NCBI GenBank assembly: GCA_951406725.2
Contig: OX597821.1
Location: forward strand, 116,932,001-116,996,000
Reading direction: 5' to 3'
Source of the DNA: Octopus vulgaris
Lineage: Eukaryota
DNA length: 64,000 nucleotides
Shown: in pieces, positions 42,250-54,463 of the stretch
Position numbering within the stretch: the stretch's first letter is position 1
Layout of the letters: each line of letters begins with the position of its first letter
Made by a program: the position numbers and the translations under genes
Notes under the pieces: model-generated
Databases searched by the model: none
What the model was told of the DNA's origin: nothing
What the model saw: only the letters and a program-made list of their open reading frames with translations

Positions 42250-42585
42250 AGACCCCCTTCAGTCATGACTGACCGTGGGATTACACCTAGAAAGTTACCT
42301 TCCCAGGCACAGGTCTGGGCAAGATTGTTTTATGGAAGACCAGCAGTCGCCCATGCATACCGGCTTCACCTCTCCACGCCACCAGTGTTATCCAAGGGAA
42401 AGGCAAGGACTGATACAGCTTGGCACTAGTGATGTCACAACTCATTTCTACAGCTGTGTGTTCTGGAGCAAAGTGAAATAAAGTGTCTTGTTCAAGAACA
42501 CAACACGCGGCCCGGTCCGAGATTCGACCTCACGACCTCACGATCGCAAGCTCGACCCTCTAACCACTGAACCATGTGCCTTCAC
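42250..42585 (-). mobile_element. tRNA-headed SINE (further family)
   Basis: Minus strand: GAAGGCACATGGTTCAGTGGTTAG (A box)...GGTCGAATCT (B box)...GTGTTCTTGAACAAGACACTTTATTTCAC. A second similar head lies at ~42120-42235. Confidence 0.7.
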
Positions 42586-42593
42586 TTAAATAT

Positions 42594-42748
42594 ACCTCTA
42601 GACAGGACGGAGCCACGAGATGATGGGATCCCAGGGCCGCAATGTGCATTCAAGGTGTCGATGTTCACTGAGTCCTGCAATTCACATCAGTTCACGTGGA
42701 TAGCCACACTCTTCATCGATGGATGAGCCAAGTGATTCCCTGTCCTCC
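42594..42748 (-). pseudogene. Dispersed 5.8S rRNA pseudogene (about full length, decayed)
   Basis: Minus strand: AATCACTTGGCTC...TCGATGAAGA...ATGTGAATTGCAGGAC...GAACATCGAC..CTTGAATGCACATTGCGGCCC...CCTGTCT matches the conserved 5.8S motifs in order. No 18S/28S sequence flanks it. Confidence 0.88.
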
Positions 42749-42771
42749 AAATATACATACACACACACACA

Positions 42772-42807
<36 letters not shown>

Positions 42808-43757
42808 ATCATCATCATATATGCGCCTAGGCGGGGAGATGGTGCAGGGAGTGGAGGTAGAGAGATCTGAATTAAGGCGGAAAGAGTTACTCAATTACGT
42901 GAAGTAGAAGTTATGTGTCCACATGTATCTGTTGTCCTTTTAGTTGTTTCAGCCATTAAACTGCAGCCATGCTGGGGCTGCCACCTTCAAGAATACTTGT
43001 CGAATGAATTGACCCTAATACTTATTTTCTTAAATCCTGGTACTTATATCAGCCTCTTTTGCCGAACTGCTAGGTTAAGGGGGCGTGTACACACCAATTG
43101 TGGTTGTCAAACGGTGGTGGGGAACAGACATAAAGACACACACAACACAATATGCACGCACGCACACACACATAAAGACACACACAACACAATGTGCATA
43201 AATGATGATGTATACAGCAGGCTTCCACACAGTTTCCCAGGGATATAATAGAAAACACTTGCTCAAGGTGCTGTGCAGTTGGACTGAACATGAAACAATG
43301 CAGTTGTAAAGTGAACTCTTTACCCATACAGCCATGCGTGCACCTGTTCAACTATTTGAACCCCTGCCCCACCAACACCACCCTCTCCTCAACAGATAAT
43401 ATTAATCATCATTAAAACACCTCGACTATTTTTAGCACCTCTCAGCTAACAGCACACACATGCAAATGTTCTTTTTAGTTGAAATGCCTTCTTTATTGAC
43501 TTCTCCATTTCAAGTGCACAGCTGCATGGCTGCCGTGTCTAAGTTTTTTGTGTCACTGAACGGTAAAGAGCAAAAAATACATACACTGTATACATTTGTG
43601 CAGGTGTACATATATGTGTACAGGGATCCCTCGACTATTGCAGGTGTTACATTCTAAAACCCACCGCAATAGGTGAAAATCCACCATGTCAAAACATTAC
43701 TGTACTGTGTACTTTTTTTTACTATTCTTATAATTTGTATATATCTATTTTATTATT

Positions 43758-44070
43758 ACGGAGATGTACTTGCATAGCAAGTGATCTGATCTGAGATCGT
43801 GTGCTGAAACGAAAACAATTGCAGCATGGAAGGTGTTTGTAAGCCAGTTAAGAAACACACAAAAGCCGTTCGATTCACTTCAACATTTAAGTTTAATTTG
43901 TTGAAAAATATTTTCATCGCTTTAAGACTGCGACCTGTTCTTGTCAGTGAACAGGTCACGGTCTTAAAGCGACGAAAATATTTTGACAAATTAAACTTAA
44001 ATGTTGAAGTGAATCGAATGGCTTTTGTGTGTTTCTTAAATGGCTTACAAACACCTTCCACTCTGCAATT
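43758..44070. mobile_element. Inverted-repeat element, probable Penelope-like pseudo-LTR pair
   Basis: ~125-bp arms (43817-43940 and ~43949-44070) are reverse complements, hence the mirror ORFs MEGVCKP... on both strands. The right arm holds a hammerhead-like fold. Confidence 0.6.
43941..43989 (+). ncRNA. Type-I minimal hammerhead ribozyme-like motif with G3/C8 core
   Basis: TTGTCA-GTGAACA-G-GTCAC-ggtcttaaa-GCGAC-GAA-AATATT-T-TGACAA: 6-bp stem I, stem II, GAAA, palindromic stem III. Confidence 0.6.
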
Positions 44071-44101
44071 ATTTATTTTATTATTTTTATATATTTAAGC
44101 T

Positions 44102-44329
44102 TTAACCCTTTCATTACCAACCCGGCTGAAACTGGCTCTGGCTCTGAGTACAAATGTCTTGTTTTCATAAGTTTTGAATTAAAATCTTCCACCAAACCTT
44201 AGTCACAATTTATGTTCCTAACACTAGCTGAATAATAATTAAATTATTTTACTAAATTCTTTGTTATATCTAAAGCAATTGAAAGAAACACAGAGCATCT
44301 CAAAATAAATGCAGTAACGAAAGGGTTAA
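44102..44329. mobile_element. piggyBac-type MITE
   Basis: TTAA|CCCTTTCATTAC ... GTAACGAAAGGG|TTAA. A decayed relative lies at ~45410-45632. Confidence 0.88.
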
Positions 44330-44764
44330 AAAGGTGCAGAACATTTGGGCGATATCGTAGGGCTTGAAATAAATTCACAATTTTACACACAAATGCAAAC
44401 AACACCACACACTCACCTCCGAGTTTCATTTTCCATACAGCATGTGAGATTCTTTAGTTACTCATCTATGATACACTACGTATTTTCTTTTTATATATTT
44501 TAATTGATGTGTTATTCACTGCAGTACTGTACTGTATTTTTATTTATTAATTTTTAGGCTCATTTTACCACAGAAATAATTAAGATCTAAAAAAATATAG
44601 ATACTTATTAGCCGCCGAAACCCATGATATACTGAGGCGTCCGCAATATAAATTTACATATATTAGCCAGAAAAATCTGCAATGTATTGAGGGCGTGATA
44701 GGTAAACCTTGATATGGTGAGTGATTACTGTATACACACACACACACACATCTATATATATATA

Positions 44765-45167
44765 TTCTTCTATTCTGTTAATTGTTTCAGTCATTTGACT
44801 GTGGCCATGCTGAAGCACTGCCTTTAGTCGAACAAAACAACCCCAGGACCTATTCTTTGTAAACCTAGTACTTATTCTATCGGTCTCTTTTACCGAACTG
44901 CTAGGTTACGGGGATGTAAATACACCAACATCGGTTGTCGAGCGATGGTGGTGGGGACAAACACAGACTCACAAATACATACATACGTACATATATATAT
45001 ATATATATACAAAGGGCTTCTTTCAGTTTCTGTCTACCAAATCCACTCACAAGTCTTTGGTTGACCCAAGGCTATAGTAGAAGATACTTGCCCATGGTAC
45101 CATGCAATGGGTCTGAACCTGAAGCCATGAGGTTGGGAAGTAAACCTCTTAACTACACAGCCATGCC
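44765..45167 (-). mobile_element. SINE family A
   Basis: Reverse-complement copy. Confidence 0.85.
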
Positions 45168-46715
45168 ATGCAGTCAAATGAATTAGGGGTCCACTCTGTA
45201 AGGTGGTTGGTGTTACGAAAGGGCATCCAGCCATAAAAATCCTGCCAAAACAGACTGAAGTCTGATGCAGTCTTCCATATAACCTAACCCTAACTCTAAC
45301 CCTAACCGTGTCAAACCGTCCAACCCATGCCAGCATAGAAAATGGACATTAAATGATGATGACAAAGAAACCATATCAAATATTGTGTATATGTTTTGTG
45401 TGACTTTTTGACCCTTTTTAGTAGCAACCTGTCTTTGAGATGACCTTTGGTTTGATGTTACAAACTTTGTATTTTAAAATTATCTAAATTAAACCATTCC
45501 ATGTTAATTTATATTCCAAACACCAGATTAATAATGGCAAAGTTAGTTTACAAAATAATTCTTCATTACTTTCAAAATTAATTGGAAGAAATGCTGTGTG
45601 TTTTGACAGCAATATGGTAACAAAAGAGTTAAAGTGATCTAAATTAATGTATTCTATCAAAATTTCATGTTAATTAATTTTCCAAACACCTCAGGAGTAA
45701 TGACAAAGTTATTTTACGAAATTCTTTATTAATTTTAAGACCAATTATAATATTCTGCAAAAATATATTTGGCCATAATGAAAAATTACCTTCCTTAGAA
45801 ACAAGCAAGGGTTGGCAACAGGAGGCACATCTGAGAATCTACCACAAAAAAATTCCTTCAGAATGATGCGAGCATGGAAACATAGACGTATACAATGTAT
45901 ATGTGTGTGTGTTTTGTATGTTCATATATTTCATAACCCATGCTAGCATGGAAAGCAGACGTTATATGATGATGATGATGATGATGATTCATATATTTAT
46001 TTGATATGTTTTTTCAGATTTTTAGTAAGTTTCTTTCTTGAAAATCATTAGAGCATGACAATACAAATTATGCTCTGATGATTTCTTAGAAAGAAACATA
46101 TTTTCAAATTTGTTGACATAATAACAGATAAACATTGACAGCTCTATATGAGAAATATAGACTTCTATACTCAGATAATCTGTGTGATTTTTTATATCAT
46201 TTTGAACAAGCTAACCTGCTAAACTATATGTATGTGTGGAGGCACTATGGTTAGGGCAACACACTCGCAGTCATTGGATCGTAGTTTCAATTCCCAGATC
46301 CGGCGTTGTAAGTGTTTATTGAGCAAAAACACCTAAAGCTCCACGAGGCTCCAGCAGGGGTGGTGGCGAACCCTGCTGTACTCTTTCACCACAACTTTCT
46401 CTTACTCTGTCTTCCTGTTTCTGTTGTACCTGTATTTCAAAGGGGCCAGCCTTGTCACACTGTGTATCATGCTGAATCTCCCTGAGAACTTTGTTAACGG
46501 TACACGTGTCTGTGGAGTGCTCAGCCACTTGCACGTTAATTTTATGAGCATGCTGCTCCGTTGATCGGATCAACTGGAACCCTCATCATTGTAACCAACG
46601 GACAGCCACCATATGTATGTGTATGAGCATAAGCATATATGCGTGTGTATGTATATGCATATACATACATACTTGTTAAAAAATATATGTATGCATACTT
46701 ATATATATATATATC

Positions 46716-46803
<88 letters not shown>

Positions 46804-46837
46804 TATATGTTTGTGTTGATTTAAAAAGTGACAATTT

Positions 46838-47041
46838 TGTAAATAATAATAATATTTTATAAGCTTAAAGCTCATACGTGATCATTGTGTATTGACTACA
46901 GAAAATAGTCTAATGTTGGAGCAGAAAACCCACTTCTTTCCACTGAGGGATTATATGACCCCGTATTAGACTGTTTTTTTTAGTCAATACACGACAATCG
47001 CTTATGAACTTTAAGCTTATAAAATATTATCATTATTTACA
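46838..47041. repeat. Foldback / inverted-repeat element
   Basis: ~78-bp arms TGTAAATAATAATAATATTTTATAAGCTTAAAG... / ...CTTTAAGCTTATAAAATATTATCATTATTTACA with a ~47-nt spacer. Confidence 0.85.
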
Positions 47042-47662
47042 GAATAGATATATATATATATATATATATATTGTCCAATAATGGCTTAACTGGCTAAAAC
47101 TTCTAACATAAAATGGTAAAAGGTTTATACTTAGAAAAACCACAAATGCTCCAAAACAGACCACTTTGTGTTGTAAAACTAGAAGCAGTCCCAGACAAGC
47201 CAGTGTCAAAAGGGTTTTAACATATATGACATTGCTATATGCTGTTTGCTCACTTGTAAACACAAATTCGGTTTTGTTGGTTCTTATCAATACATACTTA
47301 GAATATCTTGAAAATCCTAAAATAACTATTAAGATAATACATCTGCTGGTAATTGCTTTGTTTTTTTTAATAACTATTACTTAAAATCATCGTCATCATC
47401 GTTTAATGTCTGTTTTCCATGCTGGCATTGGTTGGACAGTTTTACAGAAGCTGATGAACCCAATGGCTACACTGATCTCCAATGTTTGCTTTAATATGGC
47501 TTCTACTGCATGATGCCCTACCTAACATCAACCACCTTACACAGTGTACTGGGTTGTTTTATTGTGGCACCAACACCATTAAGGTTGCCAAATAAGTTGC
47601 AAGACAAAGCCCTTCATCTAAGTTGGGGTATTGTATTGAAAAAGGAGAAAGTTTAATTATGA

Positions 47663-48056
47663 CTAGCAGTATCGCCCGGCGTTGCTCGGATTTGTTTCGA
47701 CCCTTTAGAATAGGAATTTTTGAAAAGTAAAAATTTTGCATTATGTAGCTTGTTATTCTCTTTAAGTGAACATTTTCCTGGTTGAAATACAACGAAAAAT
47801 GGCGACACAGCAGTAAAAAAATCGTAAAAAATAGGGATTTTCATATTAAAAAAAAGTACCTTTTTGATGTAAATAATTTTTGGTGTTAACATGCTCCGAT
47901 TTGAATTTTTTCTTCTCCAGAATAAAGAGCAAGCTTTCTTCTATCATACTCTCAATTTTGGTCAACTTGCACTGCAGGGTCTCGGAGGAGATAGAATTAG
48001 TTGAAGGCTACCAAACCTGCCATACACAGACGACTTCAGCTTTATATATAGAGAGA
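47663..48056 (-). mobile_element. Non-autonomous Helitron (second copy)
   Basis: Reverse complement of 9355-9753; CTAG end and hairpin at 47663-47690. Confidence 0.85.
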
Positions 48057-48816
48057 TAGAATAAAATATATAAAATATAATATGAATTAAAAACAGTTTT
48101 AGGATTGAAAGCATTATCAGTCACACATACATAGTGTATGTGTTTTGTTAATTTGCAAAATTTCAGGGGTTCCATTCAGATGTTCTTCTACACTTGGTAT
48201 TTGTATAGGGAGCTTTCCCGAGATGTTATCCAGTGGTAAATTTGGCACCTAAACAAAACGCATATGCTATATATGTGTACCCAATAAAATGTATGTTGTT
48301 AACAAGCTCCCTTTGCAACCATGTGGTTTTGGGTTCTGTCCCATTGCGTGGTACCTTGGGCAAATGTCTGACTATGACCCAACAAAACTAAAGCCTTTTG
48401 AGTGAATTTGGTTGACAGAAACTGTACTGAAGCCCATCATATATTATGCATGCCTGCATGCAAGTGTGTATATTTGTATCTTTTTTCTACATTTTTCTGA
48501 TATGCACATACACTGTTTGACAACTGGTGTTAGTTTGTTTACATCCCTGTAACTTAACAGTTTGGCAAAAGAGACTCAGAGTACAGATTAATAGCAGACT
48601 TTAAAAATAACTTGTACTAAAAAGCCTTCAAGGTTGTGCCCCAGCATGGCCATACTTCAATGACTGAAACGAGTAAAAGATGTAAACAGAAGATTATTTC
48701 TCACTTGATTCTGGTTTGCAAAGTCTTGAAGGACACAATTCCATCCATGACAAGGAAAAATAAAATATTCATTTCACAAAAGCGAAAAGATTTATCTCTG
48801 TGGCATTGAAAATGTT

Positions 48817-48855
<39 letters not shown>

Positions 48856-48856
<1 letters not shown>

Positions 48857-49497
48857 TCTTTTATACTTTTATTTGTTTCTGTAATTTGACTGTGGCCATG
48901 CTGGAGCACCACCTTTTGTTGAGCAAATCGACCCTAGGACTTATTCTTTTGTAAGCCTAGCACTTATTCTATAGGTCTCTTTTGCCGAACTGCTAAGTTA
49001 CGGGAGCGTAAGCACGCCAACACCGGTTGTCAAGCAATGGTAGGGGGACACACACAGACGCACAAACACATACATCAACATCATTATCATCATCATCGTT
49101 TAACGTCCATTTTCCATGCTGGCATGGTTTGGACAGTTCAGCTGGGATCTGGGAAGCCAGGAGGCTGCACCAAGCTCCAGTCTGATCTGGCAGTGTTTCT
49201 ACAACTGGATGCCCTTCTTGATGCCAACCACTCCGAGTGTGTAGTGGGTGCTTTTTTTATATGTCACTGGCACAGGGGACAGAGGGGTCTGGCATCGACT
49301 ATGATAGGATGGTGCATATATATATATATATATGTATATATATGACAGGCTTTTTTCAGTTTCCGTCTTCCAAATCCACTCACATGGCTTTGGTCTGCCC
49401 AAGGCTATAGTAGAAGACACTTGCCCAAGGTGCCACACAGTGGGTCTGAACCCAGAACCGTGTAGTTGGTAAGCAAGCTACTTACCACATAGCCACT
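48856..49497 (-). mobile_element. SINE family A with a family-C element nested in its internal microsatellite
   Basis: Family-A halves at 48856-49075 and ~49340-49497 flank a (GAT)-tailed element at ~49080-49315. Confidence 0.8.
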
Positions 49498-49882
49498 GCT
49501 GCAAATGCATTCTTTTAAATACACACAATGTGTTGTCTGAGGTATGAGTTACATAAGAATTTACTTGAGATGTTATAGATGTGTTCAAGTTACTCATTGA
49601 TGCAATAGATTGGTAAGGCATCATTTCTACTTTCCATGCTGGCCTGGGTTGGACAGTTTGACAGGAGCTGGCAACCCACAGAACTATTTCCAGCTCTATT
49701 GTTAACTTTGGCATGGTTTCTACAGCTGAATGCCCTTCCTAATGCAAACCACTTTACAGAGTGTACCTGGTGCTTTTTACATGGCACCAGCACTGGTGAG
49801 GTCACCAAGTTATATATATATATATATATATACTTGGAAATGGATTTGTCACATTCAATTAAATAATAAATAATATAATATA

Positions 49883-49921
<39 letters not shown>

Positions 49922-49947
49922 TACATACACACACACACACACACATT

Positions 49948-50035
49948 GGTCTTACCAATTGGTTTCACGTAAAGAATACAATGGAGTGTTACGTAACAAT
50001 ATGATTATACAACTTAATGCTCATCAAAGATAGCC
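49948..50035 (-). ncRNA. Decayed type-I hammerhead-like motif with long stem II
   Basis: Minus strand: TCT-TTGATGA-[GCATTAAG...TGTTACGTAACA...CTTTACGT]-GAA-ACCAATTGGT-A-AGA. Confidence 0.55.
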
Positions 50036-50110
50036 GATATGGAAGGGAATATGGCAACTGCTCTCTATTGTTGGAGATATATACATACTTACATATATAC
50101 ATACATGGGT

Positions 50111-50149
<39 letters not shown>

Positions 50150-51350
50150 TATATATATTAAACCACAGTTTTACCTTTAAATTACCTACTAGTGTATACC
50201 TTAGAGCTAGGACTATACATAGAGAGGTAATAGACCAGGTGTGGCTATGGATACAACTATCCCTTAGATGGTTGCATAATCTATCAAGTTCCTGCCTTTA
50301 GGCTTTCACTTCAAAATGCCAACTCAATTTGAATTGTCCTCAGTCGAAAGACGCCTGTTGTTATTTCTTCTTTGTATTCGTAATTGTTTACCATGTTCTC
50401 CATTTTTATTTTTTTTTATTTGTTTTTTTGTCTTTGTTGCTGTACAAATTCGCTAGCTTTCTTACAAAGGGGTCTAATGCTCTTAGCTTAGACTCTTTTG
50501 GGAGCAACCAGATCAAAGCATCTCAAGTGTAACTGTCCGAAATGGTCGTGACTTCTGAGATTTGACTGATGAAAGAAAGCCAAGAATGATCCGTCTTTTT
50601 TGCCTGTCCTTCTAATTGTTGCTTCTCTTGTCTGTCTTTGTATTGTCTATCTGTCCGAACATTTTAATGCCCTCTTATGCGTTTTTATTCCATTTTTATT
50701 TATATATATATATATATGTATATACACACATATATATAGACGCAGGTATATATATATATATACTTGAATATTATCAAATACGGGTGGGCCTGAGCCTTTT
50801 TGTATAGCATGTTTATTTATGTTTATAAGCCACATCCCTAATTGAGTGTGAAATGTTTTCCTTTCATAGTTTTTGCTTTGCCCCATATACAAGTCACACC
50901 CCAGTTTGTTTTTGTTTTTCATTTACAATCAAGTATTAAATAAGGTGACTTATGCAAGAGTAAATAAGATGGAATGTTTAAATGCTGGCATAGAGTTCAT
51001 TGTGAAAAAAAAGCCAAAAGAGATAGCTTATGACATGACAATGAATTCACAGAATGTGGCATAAGTGAGTTCATAAGCATCCTGTGAATCTGGAGAGTGT
51101 AACAGGATTTTCATATTATATATATATATATATATATAATGCTCTTAGTTTATTTTTACCTTAGGGCTGGCCAGATTGGAGCAATCGCAGATATAACTTA
51201 CCAAAATTGCAAAGATAATCTGGAACTCGACTGAGGAGAGAAAACTCCGAATGATCCATCTTTGTTTTCCTTGTATTGTTTGTCTGGATATTTTGTTGTC
51301 CCTTTTTTGTTTCACCTGTCTGGATGTTTTGCGTTCTTGTCCCATTTTTG

Positions 51351-51476
<126 letters not shown>

Positions 51477-52123
51477 TGTGTGTGTGTGTGTGTGTGTGTA
51501 TGTGTGTGTATTGGGACAGGCATGGGTGTGTGGTTAAAAAGCTTTCTTCCCAATCATGTGGTCTCAGGTGCAGTTCTTCAGTGTAGCACACCTTGGGCAA
51601 GTGTCTCATACTGTAGATTAGGCTGATTAAAGCCTTGTGAGTAAAATTAGTTGATGGAAACTGAAAAGAAGCCCATTTGTAGGAGTGTGTCATTATGGAC
51701 TCTCCCATTGTTAGATGATGAATGGGGGTTCTGTAATTTCTTGCTGAACAACCACACAGATGATTTGTCTGTATTGATCAAATGTATGTGCTGTACATTA
51801 ACTTGCCCACTCCATCAAGTCCACATTGCCTATACAGGTGCACAAGTCTACCATGTTTCAGATGTCAAAGTGATCGGAGAGCAACATAACACATGTGTGT
51901 GTGTGTGTGTAACTGTGTCTTGGCTTCACATGATGGTTGTAAGTGGACATCACTATCATTACAAAGAGGCACATTAATCGTTTCCAGTCTTCCAGCCATG
52001 GGGAAATCATTACCTTGCTTGGAAATAGGTGAGGGTTGTCAACAGGAAGGGCATCCAGCCATAGAAAATCTGCCTCAACAAATTATGTCTGACTCAGGCA
52101 TGATTGGAAAAGTGGACATTAAA

Positions 52124-52720
52124 TGATGATGATGATGATGATGACGATAATAACGATGATGATGATGATAATAACGATGATGATGATGACGATAATAACG
52201 ATGATGATGATGACGATAATAACGATGATGATGATGATGATGATAATAACGATGATGATGATGACAATAATAATAATGATGATGATGCCAATAATAACGA
52301 TGATGATGATGACGATAATAATAATGATGATGATGCCAATAATAACAATGATGATGATGACGATAATAATGATGATGATGATGATGACGATAATAACGAT
52401 GATGATGATGATGACGATAATAACGATGATGATGATGATGACGATAATAACGATGATGATGATGATGACGATAATAACGATGATGATGATGACGATAATA
52501 ACGATGATGATGATGATGATGACGATAATAACGATGATGATGATGACAATAATAATAATGATGATGATGCCAATAATAACAATGATGATGATGACGATAA
52601 TAACGATGATGATGATGATGACGATAATATCGATGATGATGATGATGATGATAATAACGATGATGATGACAATAATAACGCTGATGATGATGACGATAAT
52701 AACGATGATGATGATGATTC
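52124..52720. repeat. Compound (GAT)n/AAT/AAC repeat expanded from a SINE tail
   Basis: GATAATAAC(GAT)n units directly after AAGTGGACATTAAATGATGAT. Confidence 0.92.
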
Positions 52721-54415
52721 TGATGTCTATTCCTTGAATCACTAAATACATCAGAAGTCCTTATGTCCTGACCACCTTCCACCACCACCACCACCAAAAC
52801 AAGTTGTAGTATAGTAATTTGATTTTGGAGCGACATAGTGTACAGATAGATATTGTATTGTCTGGTGTTGTTTATACAAGCAAGTTGTGTATTACTTGGA
52901 AGATATCTGAAGAATTCCTACCATTTTTAATGTTGATTTTGCTTCATATAACATTTCAAACATTGGCTAGATAAGATAATTTATCAGGTTTCTTTCATTT
53001 CTCTCACAGAAGAATGGCCTCTCTAATAGAAAGAATTCTGTATCTAAAATAGTAACCAGAGAGAGAACATACCAATAACTAACTATTTTGGGCTTTTTTT
53101 TTAAATTTTGTTTTAAGTAAATAAGAATACCCAATAAAAATGTCAAATTATTGTTAAGAGATTAGAATTCGGTAATTTGTATTCTGTACTTGTGTCTCCA
53201 AGTCACCTCAAATGATCAACTGTTATCATGAATCTATATATTTTCATCATAATATCACACACACACACACACACACAGCTGGCAGCGAGCTAGTAGAATT
53301 GGAAGCACATCAGGCTAAAGCTCGCTAGCATTTTGTGTCTTTACGTCCTGAGTTCTGATTCCACCAAGGTCAACTTTGCCTCTCTTCTTTTTTGGGGTCG
53401 CTAACATAAGTACCAGTTGAGCACTGAGGTCGATGTAATTGACTTACCCCTTCCCTCGAAATTGCTGGCCTTGTGCCAAAATTTGAAAGCAATATCACAC
53501 ACACAGTGAATTGGATGAATTAGTGGAATGTCAGAGACCATCATCATCATCATCACCATCATCATCATTTAACGTCCGTTTTCCATACTGGCATGGGTTG
53601 GACGGTTTGACTGAGGGCTGGTAAACCAGAAGGCTACACCAGGCTCTAGTCTTGATCTGGCAGAGTTTCTACAGCTGGATGCCCTTCCTTAACACCAACC
53701 ACTTTGAGAATGTAGTGGTTGCTTTTTACACCGACACAGGAGCCAGTCAGGCAGTACTGGCATCGACCATACTTGAATGGTGCTTTTTATGTGCCACTGG
53801 CATGGAAGCCAGTCAGCCAGCACTGGCATCAACTTGCTCTCATGCTCATAATCTGAGTTCAAATCCTGCTGAGGTCATCTTTGCCTTTTTATCTTTTCAG
53901 TGGTCAATAAAAATACTCTAACTCAGGACAGGGAATTAGCAGAACCACTAAAAGAACTGGCCAAAACACTTTGTATTTTGCTTGTATGACAAGAATATTC
54001 ATTTACAGCTGTCACATGTTCTCCAAGATAACAGTATGCACATGTGTGTGTATATATATATATGTACTCACATATGTGTATGTATATACAGATATATAGA
54101 GTATATATACTGTGTATATGTCTGTGTGTAAGTAGTTTCCTTACCAACCACATGGTTCTGAGTTCAGTCTCACTGCGTGGCATCCTGGGCAAGTGTCTTC
54201 TACTATAGCCTTGGGCCAACCAAAGCCTTGTGACTGGATTTGGTAGACAGAAACTGAAAGAAGCCCGTCGTGTGTGTGTGTGTTTGTGTGTATGTTCGTG
54301 TGTCTGTGGTTGTCCTCCCACCATTGCTTCACAACTGATGGTGGTGTGTTTACATTCCCCGTAACTTAGTGGTTTGGCAAAAGAGTCCGAATAAAGAGTC
54401 CAAAAGAGGCTTTTA

Positions 54416-54463
<48 letters not shown>

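Larger units (their letters stand above)
43621..44730. mobile_element. pogo/Tigger-like non-autonomous element with two nested insertions
   Basis: TA|CAGGGATCCCTCG ... TGAGTGATTACTG|TA; contains the palindromic element (43758-44070) and a piggyBac MITE (44102-44329). Confidence 0.75.

Noticed and set aside
43756-44098. Two similar ~90-100 aa ORFs on opposite strands
   Set aside because: A consequence of the DNA palindrome, not a gene pair.
46005-46032. Possible microexon TTTTTTCAG|ATTTTTA|GTAAGT
   Set aside because: 7 nt would shift the frame; no other support.
51225-51262. CTGAGGA-GAG-AAAA-CTC-CGAA as a hammerhead core
   Set aside because: It lacks the A15.1-U16.1 pair and a stem I; the related copy at ~50575 does not keep stem II.
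52075-52836. Asp/Asn-rich, His-rich or Ser/Leu-rich ORFs resembling biomineralisation or metal-binding proteins
   Set aside because: Open in five frames because it is a trinucleotide-based SINE tail expansion; no signal peptide or splice context.
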